Below are positions 10,641 through 20,317 of a stretch of 64,000 bases of DNA, in pieces; within the stretch, counting starts at the first letter, position 1, and each line of letters begins with the position of its first letter. The notes below the pieces were generated by a model. That model was not told the origin of the DNA and made no database searches. It worked only from the letters and a program-made list of their open reading frames with translations. The stretch spans positions 27,853-91,852 of the forward strand of contig JALUUH010000053.1 in assembly GCA_027021445.1 (NCBI GenBank). The letters run 5' to 3'. A program made the position numbers and the translations under genes. This DNA is from Gammaproteobacteria bacterium. GTDB lineage: Bacteria > Pseudomonadota > Gammaproteobacteria > S012-40.

Positions 10641-13145
10641 CTACAAGGAAAGCTTTCTTAAGGTTTGCAATGGCGGCTGTGAAACAACGCTGCGACTACC
10701 CAACACACCCGCAACTCCAACTCCCAATGCGCCGCCTAAGACTCCCACTAGCCATGCATTTAAATTCAAATTAAATGGCATATTCAGAATTTTATCAGAT
10801 ATCACGTATGACATCCCGGTCGCTACAAATGCTGCCACCAGCCCGGCTAATATCCCCACACAAATAAACTCTGCCCATAGGGCTTGCATGATTTGCTTTT
10901 TGTCCGCGCCTAAGGTTCGCATAATTGCATTTTCTAATAAACGCTCATCATGGGTTGCTTGTATACCTGCGTATAACACCATAACTCCGGTTAGCAAGGT
11001 AAAAAAGAATACGTATTCAACCGCAAGGCTCACACGTGAAATAATATCTCGTATGTGTTGCATAATTGCGGCAATATCTATCACCGTGACATTCGGAAAC
11101 TGTGCAATCATTTCATTCAATACTTGAAAACGATCAGGTGCCAAGTAAAAACTGGTCATCGATGTTGAAGGTAATTCATCAATAAGCCCTGGCACCGCCA
11201 TGACGAAAAAATTAGGTCGAAACGAATCCCAGTCCACTTTTCGCAAATTACTGATCTTCCCTTTAAATCGCTCGCCCGCGACTTCAAACACTAACTCATC
11301 ACCCATGCTCATATTTAATGTGTCGGCAATACCTTCCTCAACCGAGAGCAATTCCTGGCCATATTGATCTTCGCTCCACCACTCCCCTTGCAGCAAAATA
11401 TTTCCTTCCGCCATATCTGCCGCATAAGAAAGATTAAACTCTCTTTCCGCTAAGTTTTTTGCGCGTTCATCGCTAAACGTTTGATCTTTCAATAGATCAT
11501 CATTAATAGAAATTAATCGACCACGAATCATCGGATAAATAGGGTTTGTTCCTAATTGATGTTGTGCAAAAAACTGTTTCATGTCTTCGACTTGCGAAAG
11601 CTGTACATTAATAACAAAGCGATTGGGCGCATCTTCTGGAATGCTATGCTGCCATTCATTGAGCAGATCAACCCGAATAATCGTGAGCAGTAGAAGAATC
11701 GTAAGACCTAAACCAAATGCACTGACTTGAATCACACTATTTACCGGTCTTCGGCGTAAATTTATTAAGCCATGCAAGTAACTTGATCCATTTCGATGAG
11801 GAATAAACCGCAACAAATAAACGCACGCACTAGCAACTAACGCTAATACAATAAATGCAGCCACTAACCCACCGACCACATAGGCACCAAGCTTTAAATC
11901 CGCCGTTTGCAAGAGAATCAATGCACACAACGTAGCTATACCGAGCACATAACCCCAAACACTCTGCGCTTGTATTGCACCGAGATCACGCCTTAATACC
12001 CGTAAGGCCGGAACATTATTAAGCTGTAACAAGGGCGCTAATGCAAACCCCAGGAGGGTAACCAAGCCGATCGCAACGCCTGCAAATAGCGGCCATAAAC
12101 TAGGTGCAGGTAATTGCACTCCGACTAAGGCGCCCAATACTTCGAGCAAAAAAAGATGTGCGATATAACCCACTACACATCCTAACAAACTTGCAATCAA
12201 GCCTAAAAACATCATTTGCAATAGATAAAGAGAAAATATAGATTTCTGATCCGCACCGATACAACGCATAATCGCACAATGATCTAAATGACGTTGCGCG
12301 AACCGCCGTGCCGCCAATGCAATCGCAATACCTGCAAGTATTACACTAGTTATTGCCGCCAAACCCAAAAATTGATCCGCGCGAGTTAATGCCGTGCGTA
12401 CTTCAGGGCGTGAGTCTCGCACGCCCAAAATGCTCACCCCTGCTTCGTCGAATTTTTCTATGGTTTGCCGATAAACATCTATATTCGCCTCATCTCCCGC
12501 AACCAATAAATTGTACTTAACACGGCTAGCCGGTTGAACCAGCTCGGTGGTAGGCAATGCTTCGCGATTAATTAATAAACGCGGCGCTATGCTAAACATA
12601 TCACCCCCTCGTCCAGGCTCGGCGGTAATTAATGCCTTTACGATAAATTGGCTGGCACCAATGCTTATAGTATCCCCTACGTTTACATTAAGAGCGGTTA
12701 ACATACGCGCTTCTAACCATACTTCGTCAACTGCAGGTACAGCCTGAGTTGCTGCCCCGATAGAAAATAATTCGTTTGCTATATGCAAGGACCCACGCAG
12801 CGGATAATTATGATCAACCGCTTTTAACATACCGAGGTGATTCGAGTCTTCCGATACCGCCATACTCGGAAATGCTACGGTCAGTGAATGTTTCAATTGA
12901 TGCTGTTCCGCTAAATCAAAATATTTTTCTGCCAGCTTATGGTCGGATTGAATGAGAACATCAGCACCTAGTAGCTCATTCGCTTGCTGCGATAATGCAC
13001 GATTAATTCTATCCGTAAAAAATCCTACTGAGGTGATTGCAGCTACTGCTAGAATGAGAGAAAAACCTAAAACTTTTAACTCTCCAGCACGCCATTCTCG
13101 TAATAAAAACCGCCATGCAAGTATAACAAGTGTTATTTTATTCAT
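10641..13145 (-). CDS. ybbP: ABC transporter permease, FtsX-like, two permease domains (YbbP family)
   Basis: 834-aa polytopic membrane protein with duplicated FtsX-type 4-TM modules. It lies immediately downstream of the ybbA ATPase, as in the E. coli tesA-ybbA-ybbP arrangement. Confidence 0.8.
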   Translation of the reverse strand: MNKITLVILAWRFLLREWRAGELKVLGFSLILAVAAITSVGFFTDRINRALSQQANELLGADVLIQSDHKLAEKYFDLAEQHQLKHSLTVAFPSMAVSEDSNHLGMLKAVDHNYPLRGSLHIANELFSIGAATQAVPAVDEVWLEARMLTALNVNVGDTISIGASQFIVKALITAEPGRGGDMFSIAPRLLINREALPTTELVQPASRVKYNLLVAGDEANIDVYRQTIEKFDEAGVSILGVRDSRPEVRTALTRADQFLGLAAITSVILAGIAIALAARRFAQRHLDHCAIMRCIGADQKSIFSLYLLQMMFLGLIASLLGCVVGYIAHLFLLEVLGALVGVQLPAPSLWPLFAGVAIGLVTLLGFALAPLLQLNNVPALRVLRRDLGAIQAQSVWGYVLGIATLCALILLQTADLKLGAYVVGGLVAAFIVLALVASACVYLLRFIPHRNGSSYLHGLINLRRRPVNSVIQVSAFGLGLTILLLLTIIRVDLLNEWQHSIPEDAPNRFVINVQLSQVEDMKQFFAQHQLGTNPIYPMIRGRLISINDDLLKDQTFSDERAKNLAEREFNLSYAADMAEGNILLQGEWWSEDQYGQELLSVEEGIADTLNMSMGDELVFEVAGERFKGKISNLRKVDWDSFRPNFFVMAVPGLIDELPSTSMTSFYLAPDRFQVLNEMIAQFPNVTVIDIAAIMQHIRDIISRVSLAVEYVFFFTLLTGVMVLYAGIQATHDERLLENAIMRTLGADKKQIMQALWAEFICVGILAGLVAAFVATGMSYVISDKILNMPFNLNLNAWLVGVLGGALGVGVAGVLGSRSVVSQPPLQTLRKLSL

Positions 13146-13174
13146 AACATATCCTTAATTCTATGACAGCTTAA

Positions 13175-13870
13175 TCACTCTTGCTCACTCCCCTCGATCA
13201 ATTGGCCTGTATCTATTAGAAATTTTCGATCACATTTTTGCGCTAGGGCTTGATCATGGGTTACCAGTACCAATGTCGTATTTTCTTCTTTATTCAATTC
13301 AAATAATAATTCAATAATATTCTGGCCCGTGCTTGAATCCAGATTCCCGGTCGGTTCGTCAGCCAAGAGAATTTTTGGACGGGTTGAAAATGCACGAGCA
13401 ATCGCCACTCGTTGTTGCTCGCCGCCGGATAATTGCTTGGGGTAATGCTTAATGCGATTTTTCAGTCCGACTCTCGTTAATACATGAGTCGCTGTTTCTA
13501 CGATGTCCTTTTTGCCTAATAGCTCTAGTGGCAGCATTACGTTTTCTAATGCCGTTAAACTCGGTAATAATTGAAAAGACTGAAATACAAAACCTATATT
13601 TTCACCTCTAAGCTTTGCCCTTTGGTCTTCATCTAATTTAAACAAGTCTTTGCCATTTATATTTATCGTGCCTGAACTTGGGGTATCCAAACCTGCCATC
13701 AAACCTAATAATGTAGACTTTCCCGCCCCACTAGGGCCAACAATTGCAACCGATTCACCTAAAACGATGTCAAACTCAATATTCTCTAGTAAACTAAGTT
13801 CGCCCTCTGGGCTAGAGACTTTTTTTGATAACTTATTGGCATTTAATACTATTGCTGCGGAATCAATCAT
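13175..13870 (-). CDS. ybbA: ABC transporter ATP-binding protein YbbA
   Basis: Walker A GPSGAGKST, signature LSGGEQQRVAIARA, Walker B LLADEPTGNLD. The start is placed at the internal Met (MIDSAAIVLNANKL...) that aligns with the E. coli YbbA N-terminus; the 30-codon upstream extension in the ORF track is probably not translated. Confidence 0.85.
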   Translation of the reverse strand: MIDSAAIVLNANKLSKKVSSPEGELSLLENIEFDIVLGESVAIVGPSGAGKSTLLGLMAGLDTPSSGTININGKDLFKLDEDQRAKLRGENIGFVFQSFQLLPSLTALENVMLPLELLGKKDIVETATHVLTRVGLKNRIKHYPKQLSGGEQQRVAIARAFSTRPKILLADEPTGNLDSSTGQNIIELLFELNKEENTTLVLVTHDQALAQKCDRKFLIDTGQLIEGSEQE

Positions 13871-14501
13871 GTTCAAACCTATTATCATCCTTTGTTTATT
13901 ATTTTGCTCATCCAGTTTATTTTCTTCAGCGCTATTTGCTACATCAACCACTCCCACTATCGTGGTTGTCGGTGACAGCCTAAGCGCAGGCTTAGGCTTA
14001 AAGCAAAGCGAAGGCTGGGTTTCGCTATTGCAAGAGAAAATCCGCGAACAAGGTTATAATTATAAACTTATAAATGCCAGCATTAGTGGTGACACCACAG
14101 ATTCGGGCTTACATCGCATTGATCGCATATTAAGCATCCATCGACCCAGCATTGTTATTATTGAGCTTGGCGCCAATGACGGCTTACGCGGATTACCATT
14201 AAAAAACATGCGTAAAAACCTCGAAAAAATAATCATTAAATCGCAACAATCACGCGCTAAAGTATTACTGATTGGCATGGCTATACCGCCAAATTATGGT
14301 TTGTTTTTTACTCAACAATTCACCAACAATTATAAAACCTTAGCAGAGTCACATAATATCCCCCTGGTTCCACTCTTAATTTCGGGAATTGAACATGACC
14401 GAAGCTTTTTTCTCGACGATCAACTTCACCCCAATGCTAAAGCCCAACCTATATTACTTAAAAATGTCTGGAAACAACTACAACTCCTACTCATAAAATA
14501 A
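13869..14501 (+). CDS. tesA: Acyl-CoA thioesterase I / lysophospholipase L1 (SGNH/GDSL hydrolase, periplasmic)
   Basis: MFKPIIILCLLF... signal peptide followed by the GDSLSAG active-site block, then GANDGLRG and DDQLHPN motifs, which align with E. coli TesA. Start chosen at the ATG at 13869; the 73 upstream codons of the track ORF run antisense through ybbA. Confidence 0.85.
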   Translation: MFKPIIILCLLFCSSSLFSSALFATSTTPTIVVVGDSLSAGLGLKQSEGWVSLLQEKIREQGYNYKLINASISGDTTDSGLHRIDRILSIHRPSIVIIELGANDGLRGLPLKNMRKNLEKIIIKSQQSRAKVLLIGMAIPPNYGLFFTQQFTNNYKTLAESHNIPLVPLLISGIEHDRSFFLDDQLHPNAKAQPILLKNVWKQLQLLLIK

Positions 14502-14625
14502 ACTAAATTTATTTATTTAATCGATTACTTGAAAACCGCGAGTTTTGGGTCTAGACCTTATAGTAGTTTATTTGTTTTCGGCTATCCCGTGTGCTTCACC
14601 CCTTTGGCTACGGAGAGACAATGCA

Positions 14626-14982
14626 ATGGAACAGCGCTGGTCAAACAGAACGATAATCTCGGTGAGCATTGCAATTCACTACGCTCCTCTCGGCCTCATT
14701 ATCGGTAGAACGCGAGATGTGAGTGCACAGGGAATGTTTGTTGAAACAAAATATAACGCCCTCCCTCCCAATGAAGTTATTCAAGTGAGCTTTGTATCTC
14801 CTTTATTACAACACGGAATCAATACCACCGCAGAAGCAGAAGTTATGCATACTTCGAATGAAGGCGTAGGTCTGTATTTTCAAAATATGGAATTTTGTTT
14901 ATCTACCGGGCCAGCTAAACGCAGCTATCGTTCAAACAACGACTCTCTAGGCCTTGCTAATCGTGCCAGCAGCACAATATAG
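14626..14982 (+). CDS. PilZ-domain protein (putative c-di-GMP receptor)
   Basis: RWSNR (RxxxR) followed by DVSAQGMFV (D/NxSxxG), matching the PilZ c-di-GMP binding signature. GGAGAG lies 8 nt upstream of the ATG at 14626. The start is uncertain (track ORF begins at 14545). Confidence 0.5.
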   Translation: MEQRWSNRTIISVSIAIHYAPLGLIIGRTRDVSAQGMFVETKYNALPPNEVIQVSFVSPLLQHGINTTAEAEVMHTSNEGVGLYFQNMEFCLSTGPAKRSYRSNNDSLGLANRASSTI

Positions 14983-15070
14983 ATAGCTATTTGTAGTCAT
15001 TACCCCACACTTCACCTCTTCCATATCACTGTTTAACGAGCAAGTTTTGCATTTGCAATCCTGCAAAAAA

Positions 15071-15775
15071 ATGCGCAGAATTGGTGCTCGAACTTTAAGG
15101 AATAAATCCGTGAAAACAATCTTGCCAGCTTTTGCTTTATTAATAAGTTTTTCAGTTTACGCAGAAGATATTCGTTACGTGACGGATGTATTTGAGGTAA
15201 CAATGCGCACGGAACAAGGGGCTTCAAAAAAAATTATCAAGATCTTACGCTCAGGTACAAAAGTTGATGTTATTGAAGATGACCCAGAAGCAGGCTATAC
15301 AAAAGTCAGAACTCATGATGGAAAAGAAGGTTGGATACTACGCCGCTACCTCGTTGAAGAACCCATTGCAAGAATAAGAATAGCGTCCTTTGAGAAAAAA
15401 AATAAGCAACTTAATGCAAAAATTAAAGAATTACGCACTGAATTAAGTGCCGTACAAAAACAAGCAGATAGCTTAAACGCTGAAAACAATAAATTAAATA
15501 AGGTACGCAAAAAACTGACTTCTGAAGTCACTTCCATTAAAGAAATCTCAGCAGACCAAATCGGACTATTTAATGAAAATAAAATACTGAAAGAACAACT
15601 ACTAACAATTAAACGAGACATTCAAGAACTCGAGCAAAATAATATTGAATTGCAAGACCAATCGGCCAGAAACTGGTTTTTAATAGGCGGCGGCGTCGTT
15701 GTACTTGGAATTATTTTAGGCCTCATTTTGCCTAATGTGAGATTCCGTAAAAAGTCTAATTGGGGAAGACTATAA
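15071..15775 (+). CDS. SH3-domain protein with coiled coil and C-terminal membrane anchor (YgiM/TIGR04211-like)
   Basis: Signal peptide MRRIGARTLRNKSVKTILPAFALLISFSVYA, a bacterial SH3-like segment (YVTDVFEVTMRTEQGASKKIIKILRSGTKVDVIED...EGWILRRYL), a long heptad-repeat region and a terminal hydrophobic helix (WFLIGGGVVVLGIILGLIL). Confidence 0.6.
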   Translation: MRRIGARTLRNKSVKTILPAFALLISFSVYAEDIRYVTDVFEVTMRTEQGASKKIIKILRSGTKVDVIEDDPEAGYTKVRTHDGKEGWILRRYLVEEPIARIRIASFEKKNKQLNAKIKELRTELSAVQKQADSLNAENNKLNKVRKKLTSEVTSIKEISADQIGLFNENKILKEQLLTIKRDIQELEQNNIELQDQSARNWFLIGGGVVVLGIILGLILPNVRFRKKSNWGRL

Positions 15776-15848
15776 ACTTATCGCACTCAAAGCTTTTTCT
15801 AAGCGCTAATATTCTACACGGATTGGAGCTTTATAAATTTGTACGAGA

Positions 15849-16442
15849 CTAAATAGACTGCCTTGCAGCAAAAGCACGCGATAATGTACTGCCATCAACA
15901 TGCTCTAACTCCCCACCCATAGGAATACCATGGGCGATTCGAGAAATCGGAATAGCAAAATTGTGTGCGATCTGTCTTATATAATGAGCCGTTGTTTCAC
16001 CTTCCATCGTTGGACTGGTTGCGAGAATGATGTCTTTAATAACATTTTCAGATAGACGCTGTTCAAATAAATCCATTCCGATTTCTTCAGGGCCGATTCC
16101 ATCCAAGGGTGAAAGACTTCCATGTAATACAAAGTATACCCCCTTATAGGCGGTAGCCTGCTCCACAGCCATCATATCAGCCGGAGACTCTATAATGCAC
16201 ATCGTTGATTGATCGCGCGCGGTATTTCCACAAAAGGAACATATTGCACGCTCGCTCAATGTCCTACATTTTTCACAGTGACCTATATTGTCTATCGCCT
16301 TAACGATGCTGCCAGCAAGCCGCAAGCCGCCCGGTTTATCTCTTTGCAATAGATGAAAAGCCATTCGCTGGGCTGTTTTTGGCCCCACACCCGGAAGACA
16401 TTTTAACGTGTCGATAAGCTGGTCAAGTAATGGGCTATACAC
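15849..16442 (-). CDS. recR: Recombination protein RecR
   Basis: HhH motif (LPGVGPKTAQRMAF), C4 zinc finger (CEKC...CSFC) and Toprim domain; 197 aa. Third gene of the conserved dnaX-ybaB-recR cluster. Confidence 0.95.
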   Translation of the reverse strand: MYSPLLDQLIDTLKCLPGVGPKTAQRMAFHLLQRDKPGGLRLAGSIVKAIDNIGHCEKCRTLSERAICSFCGNTARDQSTMCIIESPADMMAVEQATAYKGVYFVLHGSLSPLDGIGPEEIGMDLFEQRLSENVIKDIILATSPTMEGETTAHYIRQIAHNFAIPISRIAHGIPMGGELEHVDGSTLSRAFAARQSI

Positions 16443-16492
16443 TAGTCGGCGATACTCTCAATCTTTTTGGCGGTCATTTATTTTAAGACGAC

Positions 16493-16816
16493 TTAAAAGG
16501 GTAACTTCATACCTGGCGGCAAGTCCATTCCCCCGGTCACTCCAGACATTTTATCTTTTGTGGTATTTTCTAACTCACGCACTGCATCGTTTACTGCAGC
16601 TGCAACGAGATCTTCAATCATTTCTTTATCTTCTTCCATCAATGATGGATCAATAGTGACACGCCGCACGTCATGTTTACCGGTCATAACAACGGTAACC
16701 ATTCCGCCACCGGATTGACCAGTTACTTCTAGATTCGCTATTTCTGCTTGCGCTTTTTGCAAATTTTCTTGCATCTGTTGCGCTTGTTTCATTAAATTAC
16801 CGAGTCCACCTTTCAT
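16493..16816 (-). CDS. ybaB: Nucleoid-associated protein YbaB/EbfC
   Basis: 107 aa reading [25 protein letters not shown]...GMKLPF, a typical YbaB sequence and position between dnaX and recR. Confidence 0.9.
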   Translation of the reverse strand: MKGGLGNLMKQAQQMQENLQKAQAEIANLEVTGQSGGGMVTVVMTGKHDVRRVTIDPSLMEEDKEMIEDLVAAAVNDAVRELENTTKDKMSGVTGGMDLPPGMKLPF

Positions 16817-16866
16817 ATCAAAAACCTCTCTTCAATTTTCTATTTCATACATTTAGATAAATATGA

Positions 16867-18522
16867 CTATTTACTATCATTTAACTGAATTAAATCAGGA
16901 TCTATTTTGGTATTAAACATTTGCTTTAAACCCTGAACATTGGGGTCTGCCTCTAATATCTCATACGCTTCCATTATCTTAGCTTTATGTTCTTTTTCCT
17001 GCGTAACCGCAGGGGTGTCTTCTTGCACCTCGCCTATCTTTATATTTAATACCAATGGAGCCTTATAGTGTTCACGCAATACATCTTGAAACTGAGAAAC
17101 TAGCTGCTTACTGGCAAGCTGAGAATGCTCTTTACTCAGTATAAGTTTTAAATGCACACCTTCCCTACTCAGATAAACACAATTCAACGCTAACTGCTTC
17201 ACTAAACCAGATAACTTTAATGTTTTTATGGCTTCGCTCCACGAGCTTTTCGGCCCTGCCCCGGCCAAACTCTCTTGGAGAATATCGCTGTTTTGCTCAA
17301 GCTTCTCGACAATCTTAGCCTCTGCACTGGTTTCCGGTTTGCTTTCTGACTCTTTAGGCAACGGTGGCGCTGTAGCCCTAGCGCGCTTCCTAATATTACG
17401 CTCGTCAATCTGCGCCCCTGGTTTATTTTGTACCGTAGATGTCGCAGATACAGGAAGAAATGCGAGATTTCGCAACATAATCATTTCAAAACCTGCACGT
17501 TGATCCGGCGCAAATGCTAAGTCGCGTTTTCCAGCCATCGAAATTTGATAATAAAGCTGTGTATCTTCTGGCGACATAGAAGCTGCCAGTGATTTAAGCA
17601 TATCGTCCTGCTCACTAGCGCTTTCAGGAACAACCTGGAGCAATGCTATTTGATGTAGCAGTGAAATAAAAGCATCTAATGCAGCAGCAAAGTCAACACC
17701 AAACTGAGCGAGTTGATCGATTTGCTCTAATACCTCAACCCCCTTTTTATCAACCAAGGCTGACATTAACGGCGTAATATTTTCCCTATCCAGTGTTCCA
17801 AGCATGGAACACACATCCGCATAGACTATACACCCATCACCAAAAGAAATAGCCTGATCCAGTAAACTCAATGCATCTCTCATGCTTCCTGTTGCACTAC
17901 GTGCTATTTCTCGCAATGCTTTCTCTTCAAATTCAACTTGCTCTTGCTTAAGTACCTCCTGTAGATATCCACTGATTTGATCCAAAGGAATGCATTTCAA
18001 ATTGAATTTCAGACAACGCGATAAGATAGTAACAGGTAGTTTTTGCGGATCAGTTGTCGCTAAAATAAACTTTACGTGCGCAGGGGGTTCTTCTAAGGTT
18101 TTTAGTAATGCATTAAAACTATGGTTAGACAGCATGTGAACTTCGTCAATTAAATAAACCTTGTAACGCCCTCGTGTTGGCGCGTACATTACGTTATTCA
18201 ATAATTCGCGGGTATCCTCGACCTTAGTGCGCGACGCCGCATCAACTTCCAATAAATCAACAAAACGACCTTCGGTAATTTCCACACAACTATCACAACT
18301 ACCACAAGGATTAGAACTTACGCCTTGCTCACAATTAAGCGACTTTGCGAGAATTCTACCCAATGTGGTTTTACCCACACCACGAGTACCTGTTAGCAAA
18401 TAGGCATGATGCAAACGATCATTATCGAGCGCATTAATTAAGGCTCTTAAAACATGTTCCTGGCCAACCACTTCGGTAAATTTCTGAGGACGCCATTTTC
18501 GCGCCAGAACTTGATATGACAT
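16867..18522 (-). CDS. dnaX: DNA polymerase III subunit tau (DnaX)
   Basis: MSYQVLARKWRPQKF...GTRGVGKTT (Walker A), zinc module CGSCDSC and DEVHML box. The start is placed at MSYQVL, which aligns with E. coli DnaX; the track ORF begins 7 codons earlier. Confidence 0.9.
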   Translation of the reverse strand: MSYQVLARKWRPQKFTEVVGQEHVLRALINALDNDRLHHAYLLTGTRGVGKTTLGRILAKSLNCEQGVSSNPCGSCDSCVEITEGRFVDLLEVDAASRTKVEDTRELLNNVMYAPTRGRYKVYLIDEVHMLSNHSFNALLKTLEEPPAHVKFILATTDPQKLPVTILSRCLKFNLKCIPLDQISGYLQEVLKQEQVEFEEKALREIARSATGSMRDALSLLDQAISFGDGCIVYADVCSMLGTLDRENITPLMSALVDKKGVEVLEQIDQLAQFGVDFAAALDAFISLLHQIALLQVVPESASEQDDMLKSLAASMSPEDTQLYYQISMAGKRDLAFAPDQRAGFEMIMLRNLAFLPVSATSTVQNKPGAQIDERNIRKRARATAPPLPKESESKPETSAEAKIVEKLEQNSDILQESLAGAGPKSSWSEAIKTLKLSGLVKQLALNCVYLSREGVHLKLILSKEHSQLASKQLVSQFQDVLREHYKAPLVLNIKIGEVQEDTPAVTQEKEHKAKIMEAYEILEADPNVQGLKQMFNTKIDPDLIQLNDSK

Positions 18523-18674
18523 TGATTTACCAGACATTTCCAATAATTAACCCAACAAATTACTCACACATTGTGCGGCACAATCCATTGTAATAGACTG
18601 CACATGGTGATGCCAACACATTTGAGAAATACTGTTTGAAACTCAAAAAAGTTAAGAAGAATAAAGAGAAGGAA

Positions 18675-18786
18675 GGCAACCTGTACCAGCCACACCTCGG
18701 CACCCGAGTCCATTGTTACCGTTGCTCCCTTCCGGGCCTGGCGGAGTTCACAATCTATCGCTGCGAGGGGACCAATACAGGCCACC
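18675..18786 (-). ncRNA. ffs: Signal recognition particle RNA (4.5S RNA, ffs)
   Basis: The minus strand reads GGUGGCCUGUAUUGG...CCGCCAGGCCCGGAAGGGAGCAACGG...CUGGUACAGGUUGCC. The central segment matches the conserved SRP RNA domain IV consensus (CCAGGUCAGGUCCGGAAGGAAGCAGC), and the 5' and 3' 15 nt pair perfectly when G-U pairs are allowed. It sits just upstream of dnaX, as in many bacteria. Confidence 0.7.
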
Positions 18787-19392
18787 ATAGATTCTCCCTA
18801 CATTGACCAAAGAGACAAAGCAGAAAGGCCGCGAATTCTACCAACAATCTTTGTTAATGGCTAGCACTGCACGCAAACTTACAACCCTGTGGCTAGAATC
18901 CACAGTTGAACAAATTGCAATGTACACCGTCAGTAAAAGCACTCATTTCAATTATAAACCACAAGTCGAATTGCACCTCTGTAACGACATATCTCTGCGT
19001 GGCCAACAGGACGTATCAGAGGCGCTAGCAGGATGCGGAAGCCTTGTAACTCCTTGCAATAGCAGGCTATTCCGCGTCGTTACGCCTGAAGCTACGCCGT
19101 CACAAATGCACATTTCAACGCATCCAACTGCAGACTCTAGGTTCAAACCTCATAAGACGTCCCTCTCAGTTAATTAACCAATACAAAGGATTAAGATCAT
19201 GAACATATATTCATCAGTCAATATTTATGAAGAAACTCAAATGGACTTCTGGACGACTACTGCAGCTGACATGGAAGAAGATAATTTCGAAATTGATCAA
19301 TTATTAGAGGACATGAAAATTTCGGAAGACTTTCTTGGCGAGATTGAAATCTATATATAAGTAATAGGGGCAAAATAGCCCCTACTGCAAAC

Positions 19393-19482
19393 TGGCGGAT
19401 AAGGAGGGATTCGAACCCTCGATACGCTCACACGTATACACGCTTTCCAGGCGTGCGCCTTCAACCACTCGGCCACCTATCC
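19393..19482 (-). tRNA. tRNA-Ser (anticodon GGA), 90 nt with long variable arm
   Basis: Reverse complement GGATAGGTGGCCGAGTGGTTGAAGGCGCACGCCTGGAAAGCGTGT...GAGGGTTCGAATCCCTCCTTATCCGCCA folds as a class II tRNA. The anticodon loop CUGGAAA gives anticodon GGA. The CCA end is encoded. Confidence 0.85.
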
Positions 19483-19668
19483 TAGACTCTAGCATTATCC
19501 TAGATTCCGCAGCTGGACGAGCTAAAGTGCGGACTCATAGAATCATCGGAACTCATTCAAGATAAGCTCCTAGGAGCTTGTCCGATAATTCAAGGCCGCC
19601 AAGGGTAAACCAGTTTCCATTTCCATGCAACGAGATATCAATGACTAGGAGGCTGTCCATCAGCTCAA

Positions 19669-20250
19669 TCAAAACAACTCGATATCTCCGTCATCATCAT
19701 TGCTTTTTTCAGCATCAGTTTTTGCTTTATTGATCGCTACTGGAATGCTTTCACCTTCCTCAATGGCGTGGTATAAAATACGCTCATCTTCCATTGTAAG
19801 CCCATTATACAAAACCATTAATGCGTCGCTTGTACACTTCCCTTGACCAAACTCAATGGCTTCTTGTTGATCATGCACTGCCTTTAGGAACTTATTCGCA
19901 TGATCCATGCGCTGAGATATACGATCAAAAAACTGAAGGGATACAAAAGCTTCATTCATATTTTCAATTGAATTACGGATCCTGCTAACAACCATGTGAT
20001 TTGGATGATTAGAGGTGTCGCCAGCCTTACTCAAACGTTCCATCTCATATTTGGCTTGCATCAAATTATCCTGAATCGTAGTTAGGCGCTCCGACACATG
20101 AGTAACCGACTCATCTCCATCTTGAATACATAACTCAATCAAGGCCTGAGCCAACCTGCTAAGGTCTTCTTTTTCCATAGGCTTTAATTCACCTACCCGC
20201 GGATATGCGTTATTTAATGCGGCGTCTTTATGTGCTTCAGAATATCTCAT
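19669..20250 (-). CDS. Hypothetical acidic protein downstream of the HDOD gene (possible partner)
   Basis: ORF with no recognisable motif. Start set at MRYSEAHKD because the longer track ORF would overlap the HDOD gene end. The C-terminus is acidic (DDDGDIELF). Confidence 0.4.
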   Translation of the reverse strand: MRYSEAHKDAALNNAYPRVGELKPMEKEDLSRLAQALIELCIQDGDESVTHVSERLTTIQDNLMQAKYEMERLSKAGDTSNHPNHMVVSRIRNSIENMNEAFVSLQFFDRISQRMDHANKFLKAVHDQQEAIEFGQGKCTSDALMVLYNGLTMEDERILYHAIEEGESIPVAINKAKTDAEKSNDDDGDIELF

Positions 20251-20317
20251 AGTGAATAACTCAATGCTTGTACACCTGTATAATTCTATCGACAAGGATG
20301 CTGGAGAACTAAAATAA

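Noticed and set aside
10618-11127. ORF 10618..11127 (+), 169 aa
   Set aside because: It is antisense to the ybbP permease gene and has no motifs.
13650-13868. 73-codon N-terminal extension of tesA in the ORF track
   Set aside because: It runs antisense through the ybbA coding region. Homology to TesA begins at the MFKPII signal peptide at 13869.
16867-18543. E. coli-type programmed -1 frameshift site (A AAA AAG) in dnaX
   Set aside because: No CTTTTTT heptamer was found on the plus strand within the gene. The protein is short (about 550 aa), consistent with a tau-only dnaX.
18564-19177. Six-frame ORFs 18564..18788 (-) and 18803..19177 (+)
   Set aside because: They overlap the SRP RNA gene and have no coding signature. 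They are most likely artefacts of the structured, GC-richer RNA gene.
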